Origin: Gemmatimonadota bacterium
GTDB taxonomy: Bacteria; Latescibacterota; UBA2968; UBA8231
DNA: 50,253 nucleotides
Reading direction: 5' to 3'
Assembly (NCBI GenBank): GCA_038128265.1
Contig: JAYPJE010000030.1
Location: 1-50,253, forward strand
Part shown: positions 20,525 to 30,643 of the stretch, one piece after another
Position numbering within the stretch: position 1 is the first letter of the stretch
How the letters are laid out: every line of letters begins with the position of its first letter
The notes under the pieces: generated by a model
What the model saw: only the letters and a program-made list of their open reading frames with translations
What the model was told of the DNA's origin: nothing
Databases searched by the model: none
Position numbers and translations under genes: made by a program

Positions 20525-21373
20525 TCAGTCGGTATCGGGCCGCGGTGGATTGGCCCAGTGGCCGGATGGATCGGAGCCGCTGACGACGATGCCCTCGCTC
20601 TGCCAGTTGAGCAGCGAGCGCACCTCGGCTGCCGCGTAGCGCAGCGTCAGTCCGCCGCGGCGGCGATTGGACGCGTTGATACCGGAGCCGTGTAGAAGCA
20701 GGTCGCTGTGCAGTGAGAATTCGCCTGCCTCTAGGGCCACGTCGACGGGTTGGCCAAAGCGCTCGGCGTCCTCGACGGTTTGGTTAAGCACGTTGTTTTC
20801 GCTGGCATCGCTGGTGCGGTATTCGATATGACCTTGGGCGTGCGATCCCGGTATGAACTGCATGCAGGCATTTTCCCGATCGGACTTATCAATGGCCAGC
20901 CAGCAGGTGACCGTCTTGGAAGGCGTTAAGGGCCAGTAGGAAGCGTCCTGGTGCCAGGAGACCGTCTTGCCGTCGCCGGGCATTTTGCAGAAGAAGTGTA
21001 CCCCCCAGCAGACGACGTCGTCGCCGATGATGTCGCGCACGTAGCGCAGGATGCGCTCGTCGCAGGCGATGTCGTAAATCCGCGCGTGCTTGATGTGGCC
21101 GGATATAATCGAATAGCTATCGGCACCGGCTGCATGCACTGCTTCCAATAGCCCGTCGAAATAGGCGCTGAGTTCGGCTGATTCCGTCGCTTCTGAACGG
21201 CGAAAGGGCAGTAGATAGCCGTCGCGGTTATACTGCTCGACTTGGTCGGAAGTGAGCGCACGGGCGCGCTGCGGGTCGCTCGGCTTAAAGCCCAAGTCGC
21301 GCTCCATAGCCGCTAGCATATCTCTGTCCGGCATCGTGCGCGGCGTCATATCGCGAAAGCTCTTATTGCTCAT
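20525..21373 (-). CDS. PhyH family Fe(II)/2OG dioxygenase
   Basis: YNRDGY, FFCKMPG, WHQD, FIPGSH, LHGSGIN...RR. Confidence 0.92.
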   Translation of the reverse strand: MSNKSFRDMTPRTMPDRDMLAAMERDLGFKPSDPQRARALTSDQVEQYNRDGYLLPFRRSEATESAELSAYFDGLLEAVHAAGADSYSIISGHIKHARIYDIACDERILRYVRDIIGDDVVCWGVHFFCKMPGDGKTVSWHQDASYWPLTPSKTVTCWLAIDKSDRENACMQFIPGSHAQGHIEYRTSDASENNVLNQTVEDAERFGQPVDVALEAGEFSLHSDLLLHGSGINASNRRRGGLTLRYAAAEVRSLLNWQSEGIVVSGSDPSGHWANPPRPDTD

Positions 21374-21420
21374 GAAATCTCCCCCTTCTCTAGGGTGCAC
21401 CCGCTGCCGAATGCGCGGAT

Positions 21421-24036
21421 CTATTTAAAGTCAAAAACGGTTTTCCACTCTTCGTCGAGGCGCAGGCGCGTTTCAAAGGTCGTGCCCTTTCGGCTCTTAA
21501 AGCCGCCAATGACGTCGGTCTTGCCTTCTCGGATGAGCGTTTCTACCTGCTCTTTGGTCAGCTCCTTGCTGGCGACTACTTTCCATACGACGAAATCGCA
21601 CCCCTCGCGGTAGCGGTTGCAGCCAAATCCCTTGCGGCCTTCGACGATGTGGCCCTGTTCGCATTTGGGACAGGGTAACTGGGGGAAAGCACCCGATGGG
21701 GTCGGCGTGTCCGGTGCAGTATTCGGTGCGGCGTAGGATGCTAGCGGCGGCGGCCCGTCCATAGGCGGCGCTTCTTCCATGGGCGGGGGCGCCTCGTCCA
21801 GCGGTGGGGCATCCACGGGCGGTGGTTCGCTGCTGGGTGGGGGCGTAGCGCTGCCCGGGTGCTGCGCGCCGCCTGCCGGCTTGCTCTCAAAGTCGAATAC
21901 CACTTTGAATTCCTCGTCGAATTTGAGGCGTGCGGCAAAGGGTTTGCCGGCCCGGCTGGTAAATCCCTCCAGCCATTCGGTCTGCCCATCCGCCAGCAAG
22001 TCTTTCGCGAGCTTAGGCGAAATGTCCTTGCCGGCCGTTTTTTTCCATATGGTCAGACTGCAGCCCTCCTTATAGCGGCTGCATCCATAGGCTTTGGGGC
22101 TTTCCCGCACTTCGCCCTCTTTGCATTTGGGACATGGACCCAACACCACGGCTTTACCTCCTCGCGTTCGTTTTCTCTTGCCTCTGCTTTTGCCATCTTG
22201 CTGCTGGCGCGCCTGGGATACCTGCTCGGGCGTCAGCGCGTTGCTCTCGGCCACCTGCGGCACCATGGCTCGCACAAAGTCGGCGATATCCCGATAAAAT
22301 GCATCGCCTTTTCGGGTGCCTTCTTCCACTTCTTTTAGCTGCTGCTCCCACTGGCCCGTGAGTTCGGGACTGCGCAGCGGTTCGGCGACCAATTCGATCA
22401 GTGCGCGGCCCTTTTCCGTGGCGCGCAGGGCCTTTTTTTCACGCCCTATATAGCCACTGCGCAGCAGGCGTTCAATGGTGTCAGCGCGCGTGGCCGGCGT
22501 GCCGAGCCCCGACTCCTTCATCGCTGCGGCCAGTTCGTCGTCGTCGACCTGGCGTCCGGCGTTTTTCATCGCCGTCAGCAGCGTGGCGTCCGTATAGGGA
22601 CTCGGCGGTTTGGTTTCCTTCTCCCGCACCTCCATGCCGATCACGCCGACCGTCTGTCCCTGCTGCAGGGTAGGAATGGCCTGCGCATCGTCTTCGGGCT
22701 CATCGTCCTGCCGTTGTTGGGATGCGTTGGCGCGCCGCTCGACGACTTTCCATCCCTCCTGCCGCACGATGCTGCCGCGCGCGATAAAAGCGGCCTCGCC
22801 AATATCGAGCAGCACGGTTGTTTCTTCGACGAGTTGGTCTGGAAGAAATACGCCTACAAAGCGCGTGACCACCAGTTCGTAGACCTGGCGCAGCGCGTGC
22901 GAGAGGTTGGCCGAGGGGCGCTGGCCAGTGGGAATAATGGCGTGGTGGTCGGTCAGCTTGGTCTTGTCGACATAGGCTTTGCCCAACTTAAAGCCGCCCT
23001 GCAAACGCGCCAGTGCCTCTTCGGCCTGCGGATGCTCCAGGCGAGCGAGGATGCCCGGCAGCTCAGGCACCATGTCTTCGGATAGATGGCGGCTTTCAGT
23101 GCGCGGGTAGGTAATGAGCTTGTGCGTCTCGTAGAGCGCCTGAGCGTATTCAAGCGTTTGCGCGGCGGTGAAGCCGAAGCGCCGATTGGCGTCGCGCTGC
23201 AGGTTGTTCAGGTCGTAAAAAGGCGGCGGGCGGTTCTTCTTGGTTTTTTTTTCGACGCTGCGCACGGTGCCCTCTGCGTGCGCACTGAGTTCGCGATAGA
23301 GGCGTTCGGCCTCTTCCCGTCGCTCGATGCGCGTTTGGCCATCGCGAATAAACTTGGCACTAAAGCCCTCGGCGATTTGGGCAACGAGCTCGTAAAAATA
23401 GGCCTTTTTAAAGTCGGCGATGGCCCGATCGCGCTCGACGATCATGGCTAGCGTAGGCGTTTGCACGCGGCCGATAGTGCACAGCACGCTGTTGTGAACG
23501 GTATAGGCGCGGGTGAGGTTCATGCCGACCAGCCAGTCGGCCTGGGCGCGCACGCGCGCCGCATCGGCGAGTGCGTCGTACTGGCTGCCGGCGGCCAGCT
23601 GGGCAAAGCCGGCGCGAATGGCCTCGTCCGTCAGACTAGAAACCCACAGGCGCTTAACGGGCTTTTTACAGCGTGCGTGCTGGTAGATCAAGCGAAAAAT
23701 ATGCTCGCCCTCGCGTCCGGCGTCGGTGGCGCAGATGATTTCGCTCGTCTCCCCGTCGTTGATCAGCTTCTTGATGATCTGGAACTGCGCCGACGTTGAT
23801 TTGGACGTGCGCAGCTTCCACTTTTCCGGCAGCATCGGGAGTTGGGCAAAGGACCAGCGCGCGTTCCACGGCGGTCCGTACTCGTCGGGCTCGGCAAACT
23901 GCACGAGATGGCCCAACGCCCAGGTGACGATGTAGCCTTTGCCCAACAGGCAACCCTGTCCCTTACCGCTGGCTCCCAGCACGCGGGCAATGTCGCGCGC
24001 CACGCTGGGTTTTTCCGCTACGACGACCGTAGTCAT
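21421..24036 (-). CDS. topB: DNA topoisomerase III with C-terminal Zn-ribbon/Toprim_Crpt repeats
   Basis: AEKPSVA, ATDAGREGE, GRVQTPT, ITYPRT (catalytic Tyr), HHAIIPT, GLGTPATRA; two CPKC...C...C / GF.S..G..F units. Confidence 0.93.
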   Translation of the reverse strand: MTTVVVAEKPSVARDIARVLGASGKGQGCLLGKGYIVTWALGHLVQFAEPDEYGPPWNARWSFAQLPMLPEKWKLRTSKSTSAQFQIIKKLINDGETSEIICATDAGREGEHIFRLIYQHARCKKPVKRLWVSSLTDEAIRAGFAQLAAGSQYDALADAARVRAQADWLVGMNLTRAYTVHNSVLCTIGRVQTPTLAMIVERDRAIADFKKAYFYELVAQIAEGFSAKFIRDGQTRIERREEAERLYRELSAHAEGTVRSVEKKTKKNRPPPFYDLNNLQRDANRRFGFTAAQTLEYAQALYETHKLITYPRTESRHLSEDMVPELPGILARLEHPQAEEALARLQGGFKLGKAYVDKTKLTDHHAIIPTGQRPSANLSHALRQVYELVVTRFVGVFLPDQLVEETTVLLDIGEAAFIARGSIVRQEGWKVVERRANASQQRQDDEPEDDAQAIPTLQQGQTVGVIGMEVREKETKPPSPYTDATLLTAMKNAGRQVDDDELAAAMKESGLGTPATRADTIERLLRSGYIGREKKALRATEKGRALIELVAEPLRSPELTGQWEQQLKEVEEGTRKGDAFYRDIADFVRAMVPQVAESNALTPEQVSQARQQQDGKSRGKRKRTRGGKAVVLGPCPKCKEGEVRESPKAYGCSRYKEGCSLTIWKKTAGKDISPKLAKDLLADGQTEWLEGFTSRAGKPFAARLKFDEEFKVVFDFESKPAGGAQHPGSATPPPSSEPPPVDAPPLDEAPPPMEEAPPMDGPPPLASYAAPNTAPDTPTPSGAFPQLPCPKCEQGHIVEGRKGFGCNRYREGCDFVVWKVVASKELTKEQVETLIREGKTDVIGGFKSRKGTTFETRLRLDEEWKTVFDFK

Positions 24037-24094
24037 GGCTGTGGATCTGCACTTGGCGTGTGCTGGGTGCCCGTTCGGGTGATTGCGAAGGTGG

Positions 24095-25015
24095 TCACTG
24101 GCGCGCGCGTGCCTCCATCTTGCGGAACAGGTCGCGGAAGATCGCGTCGCGGTTCACACCGGTAGCCACGCGGACCAGATGGCGGCTGCGGTCGGTGCTG
24201 TAGGTATATTGGTCGGTCAAGACGGGGCTGTGCACCAGTTCGCTCGGGACCCAAGCTGCGTCCAGGAGCCAGCCGGGTGCCGATATGTCCCATATTACCT
24301 TGGACCAGCCGTAGTGGTCTTTTGAGTAATCTTTAAAGATCTCTACGAGGTAGTCGCCAATGGCGCCGCGCCCGGCTACCAGTGTTTCCAATTCGGGGAC
24401 GGTGGTTAGCAGGTGCGACGCGACGGCCTGACAGGGAATTTGCACCAGCGGCACGCCGCAGTCGAAGAGTAGGCGCGAGGCGTGGAGATCCTGCTGCAGG
24501 TTAAATTCGCGCGCCGAGGGCCAGTGGTAGGGCTGGCCTCCGAGCCAGACGACGACGATGTGCTCGGCGATGGACGGATCGATGAGCAGAGCCGAGGCCA
24601 CGTTGGTAATGGCGCCGATGGCCACGACGTAAAGCGGTTCATCGCCCTGGCGCGCGCGCATTACCAAATCGTGTGCCGCATCGCTCTCTGCGGGTGCTTC
24701 TGTGCCCTGCAAGAAGTGCGTTGACCCCTTGTATACAAAACCATCGTGCGCGGTATCAAGCCGTTCGAGCAGGCGCAGAATTTCCTCGTAGCTCTTCTGC
24801 ATGCCGTCGGCTGGCCCGCTTGAGCGCCCGTTGTGAAAGGGCGCTGCGTAGATCGCCTCGACGTGGAGCCGGTCGGGCGAAAGCAGCGATTGCACGACGG
24901 CGAACTGGTCGTCGATTTCGTTGTAGGTATCCGTGTCGAGGACCATGCGCACCGGCCCGCTGGGCGGACTGAGCCGTTCGGCGCGCAGGGCGGGCGAGAG
25001 GTGGGGAAATTCCAT
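24095..25015 (-). CDS. Nucleoside hydrolase family protein
   Basis: LDTDTYNEIDDQFA, IGAITNVA, WLGG, EFNL, IWD; GGAAGG RBS before ATG 25015. Confidence 0.88.
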   Translation of the reverse strand: MEFPHLSPALRAERLSPPSGPVRMVLDTDTYNEIDDQFAVVQSLLSPDRLHVEAIYAAPFHNGRSSGPADGMQKSYEEILRLLERLDTAHDGFVYKGSTHFLQGTEAPAESDAAHDLVMRARQGDEPLYVVAIGAITNVASALLIDPSIAEHIVVVWLGGQPYHWPSAREFNLQQDLHASRLLFDCGVPLVQIPCQAVASHLLTTVPELETLVAGRGAIGDYLVEIFKDYSKDHYGWSKVIWDISAPGWLLDAAWVPSELVHSPVLTDQYTYSTDRSRHLVRVATGVNRDAIFRDLFRKMEARARQ

Positions 25016-25073
25016 ACGGGTTCCTTCCGTTGCGTTGTAGAGGCGTGTCGCGCGTGCCGCGCCGCGGACCGGT

Positions 25074-25991
25074 CTAAGCGGGCTGATGCGCGGCAGCTTC
25101 CAGACGCTCTTCGGTCCACGCCTTGAGGGGAATGTCTTCGTCCTGCGGTCGCCAATAGCGCGAGACGGGATGCACGTCGGGATCGTCGCCCGCATAGTTG
25201 TCGCGGCCGGTGCCGAGCTCGCCCAAGAGCTGGCGTTCAATCGGCGAGGCATCAGCCAGCACCTCGGGTTTTTGGTGTTCAAAGTCGGAGGGTCGCATCC
25301 ACCGGTGGTGGTAGCCGAAGTAGAGACAGCGCCGCGCGCGCGCGGATAGATTGGGCGTTAGGCAGTGCCACAGGGCCGTGCGCCAGACTAGGGCCGTGCC
25401 CGGCCGCACGTTGACCTCGACGATGCGCTCGGGGTCGATGATGCGCTCTCCGTCCCGTTCGACCCACGGCGAGGTGGCATGGCTGCCGCGCACTACGCAG
25501 ATGGCCCCGCTGTTGTGCTGTGAGAGATCGGTCAGGTAGTAGCCGATTTTCATTTCCATGTAGGGCACGGTTTCCCCGGCTGCAGGCCAGCCAAAATTGG
25601 GTCCATCGGAGTGCCATGGAAAAAAGCTCTCCTTGCTGCCCAATAGCTGTTCGGCATGGTCCCCGTCCATCGGCGGGCGCACGTCCATATGCGAGGTGCG
25701 CAGCTGAATGTTGTAGCCGATGACGTCGACGACTAGCGGCAGCAGCCCTTCGTGCGTCATCAGCGCCTTAAACGCTGGGTGGGCGGCGACGATATTGCGC
25801 ATCTGAAAGGCCTCGCGCTCGCCGAGGCTGCGCTCGCTGCGATACTTCTCGTAGAGTTCGTCGACGACGGCCAGCAGGTCGCTCACTTCGCTCTCGGACA
25901 GAGCGTCCTCCACTAGGAAGAAGCCGTCTTCGTCGTACTGGCGCCGCTGTTCTGGTGTAAGGGCAAGGGCTCCTTCGGCTCTCGTGCTCAT
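25074..25991 (-). CDS. PhyH family Fe(II)/2OG dioxygenase
   Basis: YDEDGF, WHSD, VVRGSH, LWHC..PN...R; 4-nt overlap with the upstream gene. Confidence 0.88.
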   Translation of the reverse strand: MSTRAEGALALTPEQRRQYDEDGFFLVEDALSESEVSDLLAVVDELYEKYRSERSLGEREAFQMRNIVAAHPAFKALMTHEGLLPLVVDVIGYNIQLRTSHMDVRPPMDGDHAEQLLGSKESFFPWHSDGPNFGWPAAGETVPYMEMKIGYYLTDLSQHNSGAICVVRGSHATSPWVERDGERIIDPERIVEVNVRPGTALVWRTALWHCLTPNLSARARRCLYFGYHHRWMRPSDFEHQKPEVLADASPIERQLLGELGTGRDNYAGDDPDVHPVSRYWRPQDEDIPLKAWTEERLEAAAHQPA

Positions 25992-26767
25992 GCGCTTATC
26001 TCCGGTGTCGGCGCGCCGACGGCCAGGGCGCCGTCGAGCAGCAGTGGTTCGGCATTGCCCCACAGCCGCGATCCGTCGGCTGAGGTGATGGGTTCGCAGG
26101 AGTACTGCGCCAGGTAGACGCGGCGCATGCGATCGGTCGTATTGGTGCCGCTGGAGTGAAAGTTGACGCTGGTAAAGGCGACAATGCTACCGGCCGGCAC
26201 TTCGGCGGTGATACCGGGATCGGAGCCGAAGTAGCCGACCTTGTCGTTGCTGCCCTCTTCGACGATGTGCTGCACCCACGAGCGGATTCCAGAGCGCGAA
26301 AAGGGCAGCAGGTGCACCGTGCCGTTGGCCTCGCTCATATCGTCGAGTGCACACCAGCAGGTTAGGTAGGGTTTGTGATCGGGGTAGTTGACGTAGCCCG
26401 AATCCTGGTGCCAGGAAAACTTCATGCCGGTTTCGGCGCCCTTGATGACGTATTGCTCCCAGAATAGGTAGGCGGTATCGCCCAACGTAGCGCGGCACAC
26501 GTCGGCCATAAGCTCGCTAAACAGAAAGGCGCGCAGTTCGGGCTGCTCCTTAAAGCAGTTGGCGACAAAGTAGCGGCTGCCGCGATGGTTGATGCCGAGC
26601 GTATCGGAGCCTTCGGCGTCCATGCGCGCATCCATGCGGTCGATGGCCTGCTGGCACTGGCTGCGCAGCAGTTCGAGAAAGTGTTGCGGTATGGCGCGTT
26701 CGAGGATCATATAGCCCTCGCTGCGGTAGAGATCGCGCTGCGCCTGGCTGATTTCGATGGTGCTCAC
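25988..26767 (-). CDS. PhyH family Fe(II)/2OG dioxygenase
   Basis: YRSEGY, WHQDSGY, WCALDD, NGT, FHSSGTN...RR; AGGAG RBS. Confidence 0.92.
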   Translation of the reverse strand: MSTIEISQAQRDLYRSEGYMILERAIPQHFLELLRSQCQQAIDRMDARMDAEGSDTLGINHRGSRYFVANCFKEQPELRAFLFSELMADVCRATLGDTAYLFWEQYVIKGAETGMKFSWHQDSGYVNYPDHKPYLTCWCALDDMSEANGTVHLLPFSRSGIRSWVQHIVEEGSNDKVGYFGSDPGITAEVPAGSIVAFTSVNFHSSGTNTTDRMRRVYLAQYSCEPITSADGSRLWGNAEPLLLDGALAVGAPTPEISA

Positions 26768-26850
26768 GGCGGCTGCTCCTGAAAGGGAATGGCTGATCTC
26801 ATTTTCGCTCTTTTAAAACCGATGGTCAAGGGAAGAGGAAGGTGCGTCGT

Positions 26851-26880
26851 TTGACATTGAAGTTGGCCGCAGAGTACACT
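26851..26880 (+). promoter_or_regulatory. Sigma70-type promoter for the PhyH gene at 26957
   Basis: TTGACA (26851-26856), 18-bp spacer, TACACT (26875-26880). Confidence 0.55.
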
Positions 26881-26956
26881 TTGACGAGACTAAAGTGCGC
26901 CCTCAGCATAGGTATGGCCGACCGTTTTCAGCAGCGGGCGCGCGGAGAGGAGGAAT

Positions 26957-27943
26957 ATGCTAAGCGATGAACAGATGAACGACTTTGATCGCGACGGTTT
27001 TGTGATCGCGCGCGGAGTGCTCAACCCGGAGCGCGACCTCGATCCGGTTATGGTTGAATACGAGCGCGTGCTCGACGCGCTGGCGCACGACCTCTTTGCC
27101 GATGGCCAAATCGATTCGCGCTACGACGACCTGCCCTTTGGTCGGCGTTTGTCGCAGATCTACCTAGACGCCCGCAAGGTCTTTTCTGGGCACTTTGACT
27201 GCACGCTGTCGATGGTTTCCGTGCGCGAGGACGCGCCGATCTGGGTGGGACCGGCCGTCTTCCAACTGATGCGCAACGAGCGCGTGCTCGACGGGCTGGA
27301 AGACCTGATCGGCGGCGAGATTTACTCCAATCCCGTGCAGCACGTGCGCATCAAGCCCCCCGAGCAGTACTTGCCGCACGTCTATCGCGACGAGCGCACG
27401 GGGCGCGTGGCCGGATTTGGCGTCGGCGCCACGCCGTGGCACCAGGACAACGGTGTAGTGCTGCCGGTGGCCGATGCGACCGAGATGATCACGGTGTGGA
27501 TTCCCGTCACCGACGCAACCGTAGAGAACGGCTGTCTGGAAGTCATTGCCGGTAGCCATCGCGCCGGTCTGTTGGCACACTGCCCGTCGAGCGGTTTGGG
27601 CTTGTCGATACCGGACGAACTGCTCGCACTGCAGCGCGTAGTCACCTGTCCCATGCAGCGCGGTGACGTGCTATTTATGCATCGGTGCACCTGTCATTCG
27701 TCGCTGCCCAATCGCAGCGACGATGTGCGCATCAGCTACGATCTGCGCTACAATCCCACCGGTCAGCCGACGGGCCGTGAAGTCTTTCCCGGTTTCATCG
27801 CGCGCAGCCGCGACAACCCGGCCTCCGAGCTGCGCGATGCAGAGGCGTGGGCTCAGAGCTGGTACGAGACGCGGGCGCGATTAGCCGGTGTCGAGCTGCC
27901 GCTGCACCACCGCTGGCACAGCGCAGAGCCGGTCTGCGCATAG
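26957..27943 (+). CDS. PhyH family Fe(II)/2OG dioxygenase
   Basis: FDRDGF, HVRIKPP, PWHQD, ENGCL...GSH, CHSSLPN...R; GAGGAGG RBS. Confidence 0.92.
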   Translation: MLSDEQMNDFDRDGFVIARGVLNPERDLDPVMVEYERVLDALAHDLFADGQIDSRYDDLPFGRRLSQIYLDARKVFSGHFDCTLSMVSVREDAPIWVGPAVFQLMRNERVLDGLEDLIGGEIYSNPVQHVRIKPPEQYLPHVYRDERTGRVAGFGVGATPWHQDNGVVLPVADATEMITVWIPVTDATVENGCLEVIAGSHRAGLLAHCPSSGLGLSIPDELLALQRVVTCPMQRGDVLFMHRCTCHSSLPNRSDDVRISYDLRYNPTGQPTGREVFPGFIARSRDNPASELRDAEAWAQSWYETRARLAGVELPLHHRWHSAEPVCA

Positions 27944-28086
27944 CAGCAGAGTGCCACAGTCTGCCTGGTGAGAAACGATGTGTTTGCTCTCGCGCGAGAT
28001 GCATTGCGCACACGCGTTGTATTGCCGTGCAGGCCAAAGCCGACTATCTTGCAGCGGCGTATGTACTACTATCGCGGAGTGACTAT

Positions 28087-29121
28087 ATGGAAGCCAATTT
28101 GACCGAGGACGCGCAGGAAAAGCGCCGCATTGCTTGGCATCGCACCAAGATTGATCGCCAGCTGTTGGCCGATCTCAACCAGCGCAGCGATTTCTGGGGC
28201 GCACTGCAAACGCTGGGCTATTTAGGGACGCTGGTAGCGACCGGTGCGCTGGCCTGGTGGTCGACGATCTACTGGCCTTGGTATGGAATGATGGCCGCTT
28301 TTTTTCTGCACGGCACCTGCTACGCCTTTATCATCAACGGCTTTCACGAGCTCGTGCACAGCAGCGTGTTCCGCACGCAGCCGCTCAACGTATTTTTTCT
28401 CTACGTATTGAGCTTTTTGGGCTGGTATAATCCGGTGCACTTTTGGGCGAGCCATACGGAGCATCACAAGTACACGCTGCATCCGCCCGACGACGGCGAG
28501 GTCGTGCTGCCGGTCTACCTGACGCTGAAGGGCTTTCTGCGCGGAGCTTTTGTCGATCCGCTGGGGGCGTACCACCGCATCCGCGGCACAATTCGCCGCG
28601 GCTTTTTTGGCCATCTCAATCCGGGCTGGGATCAGGTGCTCTTTCCGCCGGAAAACGTCGAGGGCCGTCGTCGCCTCGTTCGCTGGGACAAAATTATGAC
28701 GCTGGGCCACGTTTTGCTAGTAGGTGGTTCGCTCTATATGGGCTGGTGGCAGCTGCCAGTGCTGGTAACGCTGGGTTCGTTCTATGGAGGGTTTCTCTTC
28801 CTGCTGTGCAACAACGCGCAGCACATCGGTCTGAGCGACAATGTCCCGGACTTTCGCCTGTGCACGCGCACGATCATTCTCAATCCCATTGTGCGCTTTC
28901 TTTACTGGCACATGAACTTCCATATTGAGCACCACATGTATGCGGCGGTGCCGTGCTATCGCCTAGGGCGTTTGCACCGGGCTATTCAGCACGACTTGCC
29001 GCCGTCGCCGGTTGGGTTGGTGGCTACCTGGCGCGAGATTAGCGCTATTCTCAAACGGCAAAAAGAGGAGCCCGGCTACCAGCACCGTCCCCCCTTGCCC
29101 GACGTGGCTGTGGCCGGATAA
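28087..29121 (+). CDS. Membrane di-iron fatty acid desaturase-like protein (MocD/rhizopine oxygenase-like)
   Basis: His boxes HELVH, HTEHH, HIEHH; transmembrane segments. Confidence 0.85.
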   Translation: MEANLTEDAQEKRRIAWHRTKIDRQLLADLNQRSDFWGALQTLGYLGTLVATGALAWWSTIYWPWYGMMAAFFLHGTCYAFIINGFHELVHSSVFRTQPLNVFFLYVLSFLGWYNPVHFWASHTEHHKYTLHPPDDGEVVLPVYLTLKGFLRGAFVDPLGAYHRIRGTIRRGFFGHLNPGWDQVLFPPENVEGRRRLVRWDKIMTLGHVLLVGGSLYMGWWQLPVLVTLGSFYGGFLFLLCNNAQHIGLSDNVPDFRLCTRTIILNPIVRFLYWHMNFHIEHHMYAAVPCYRLGRLHRAIQHDLPPSPVGLVATWREISAILKRQKEEPGYQHRPPLPDVAVAG

Positions 29122-29144
29122 GCGAACGCGAAAGCGGCGGCGGG

Positions 29145-30596
29145 CTAGCGCTCGTCGTCGTTTCCTTTTGCGGCGTTGGGACCGACGACGGCCGTGCGCA
29201 TCGTGTAGTAGTGGCTGTTGTAGAGCGCCTGGTCGCCGCTGTCGCGAATGTGGCCCCACATCGCGGCCGTCAGCGCACGCAGCACCCCGGCACACTGCGG
29301 ATCGGCGGCGCGGTTCTGCGTTTCGTGTGGATCTTCCGCCAGATTGTACAGTTCGTCGAAATCGAATCCATTAAACGCGAACTTCCACGCGCCGTCCCAA
29401 AGGACGCGCTGGCTCATCACAAAGCGATTGCCGTGGTTTTCCGCATAGCCCGTGGTGTAGCGATCGGCCAGCGTGGGGTCGGCGCACAGGTCGGCAAAGG
29501 ATGCCGCATCGGTGGCCGGCAGCGGATCGGCTCCAGCCCACTCCAATAGGGTTGGGCCAACGGCGTGCAGCCCGACGCGCGCCGGCGTGTCGACGCCCTG
29601 TGCAATGCCCGGCCCGGCTGCAATGAGGGGTATGTTGTAGATCTCCTCGAAAGCGCCAAAGTTGTGCCCTTCCATACCGTGTGACCCGACGTATTTGCCG
29701 TGGTCGGCAGTGACGATGACCACGGTGTTTTCCAACTGTCCCGATGCTTCCAGATAGTCGATGAGCAGGCCGAACTGCTCGTCGAGCTCGGAGATCCTGC
29801 CGTAATAACAGGCCAGCGCCGTGCGCCACTCGTCTTCGCTTGCAGAAGCGAAGATCTGCTGCTGGCGGCGATACCAGTTGGGCCGATCGGACAGGTCGTC
29901 GCGCAGCGTTGCCGGCAGTTGAATCGCCGCGTGATCCATGCGCTCGAACGCCTGGCGCGATACCACCATCGCCTCGTTGGGCTCGTAATAGCTGGCGCAG
30001 CAGCACCACGGCTCTTGGTTGCCCTCCCGCTGCTGCAAAAAGCGCAGCGCTTCGCGCGCCGTTTGGCCCATGCCGCGCTCGGCCGGCTCGACGTCGGTAA
30101 CGCCGTAGTGGAGGATGGGATTGTAGCCGTCGGGGCCTTCGAGGTAGCGCGTCAGCGTCGGATCGAGCGGCACGTCGGCGCCGCCGCCTCGCTTGGAGTG
30201 GCTGCGATGGGCGCTGCGCCCAAGCACGCGGTGGGTCTGCCAGCCAAATTGCTCGAGTGCGTCGCTGCGCTCGATGTGCCACTTGCCAAAGTAGCCGGTA
30301 GCGTAGCCTGCCCGCGCCAAATGCTGCGCCCAGTGCGCCCTGTCGACGCGCAGCAGGCACTGGTCGGCGTCAACGACGTGCTCTACCTGCAGCACGCCGT
30401 GGTTGTGCGGAAGGAGGCCGGTCATCAGGCTGGCGCGCGCCGGCGAGCAGGTCGGCGAGGGCGTGTAGGCGTTGGCAACGCGCATTCCGCGCGCAGCTAG
30501 GCGGTCGAAGTGAGGCGTATGCCCAGGATGGCCCGGCTGCAGCAGACGGCCCTGCACCCCGTCCATTATGAAGAGCAAGATATTGGGTCGGTTCAT
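29145..30596 (-). CDS. Cys-type formylglycine-dependent sulfatase
   Basis: RPNIL, CSPARASLMTG, GKWH, TADHG, ELYNLAEDPHE; no signal peptide. Confidence 0.92.
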   Translation of the reverse strand: MNRPNILLFIMDGVQGRLLQPGHPGHTPHFDRLAARGMRVANAYTPSPTCSPARASLMTGLLPHNHGVLQVEHVVDADQCLLRVDRAHWAQHLARAGYATGYFGKWHIERSDALEQFGWQTHRVLGRSAHRSHSKRGGGADVPLDPTLTRYLEGPDGYNPILHYGVTDVEPAERGMGQTAREALRFLQQREGNQEPWCCCASYYEPNEAMVVSRQAFERMDHAAIQLPATLRDDLSDRPNWYRRQQQIFASASEDEWRTALACYYGRISELDEQFGLLIDYLEASGQLENTVVIVTADHGKYVGSHGMEGHNFGAFEEIYNIPLIAAGPGIAQGVDTPARVGLHAVGPTLLEWAGADPLPATDAASFADLCADPTLADRYTTGYAENHGNRFVMSQRVLWDGAWKFAFNGFDFDELYNLAEDPHETQNRAADPQCAGVLRALTAAMWGHIRDSGDQALYNSHYYTMRTAVVGPNAAKGNDDER

Positions 30597-30643
30597 GCCA
30601 AGTATGGATAGGGCCAAACGGCCCTGCGCGCAACAGCACGGCG

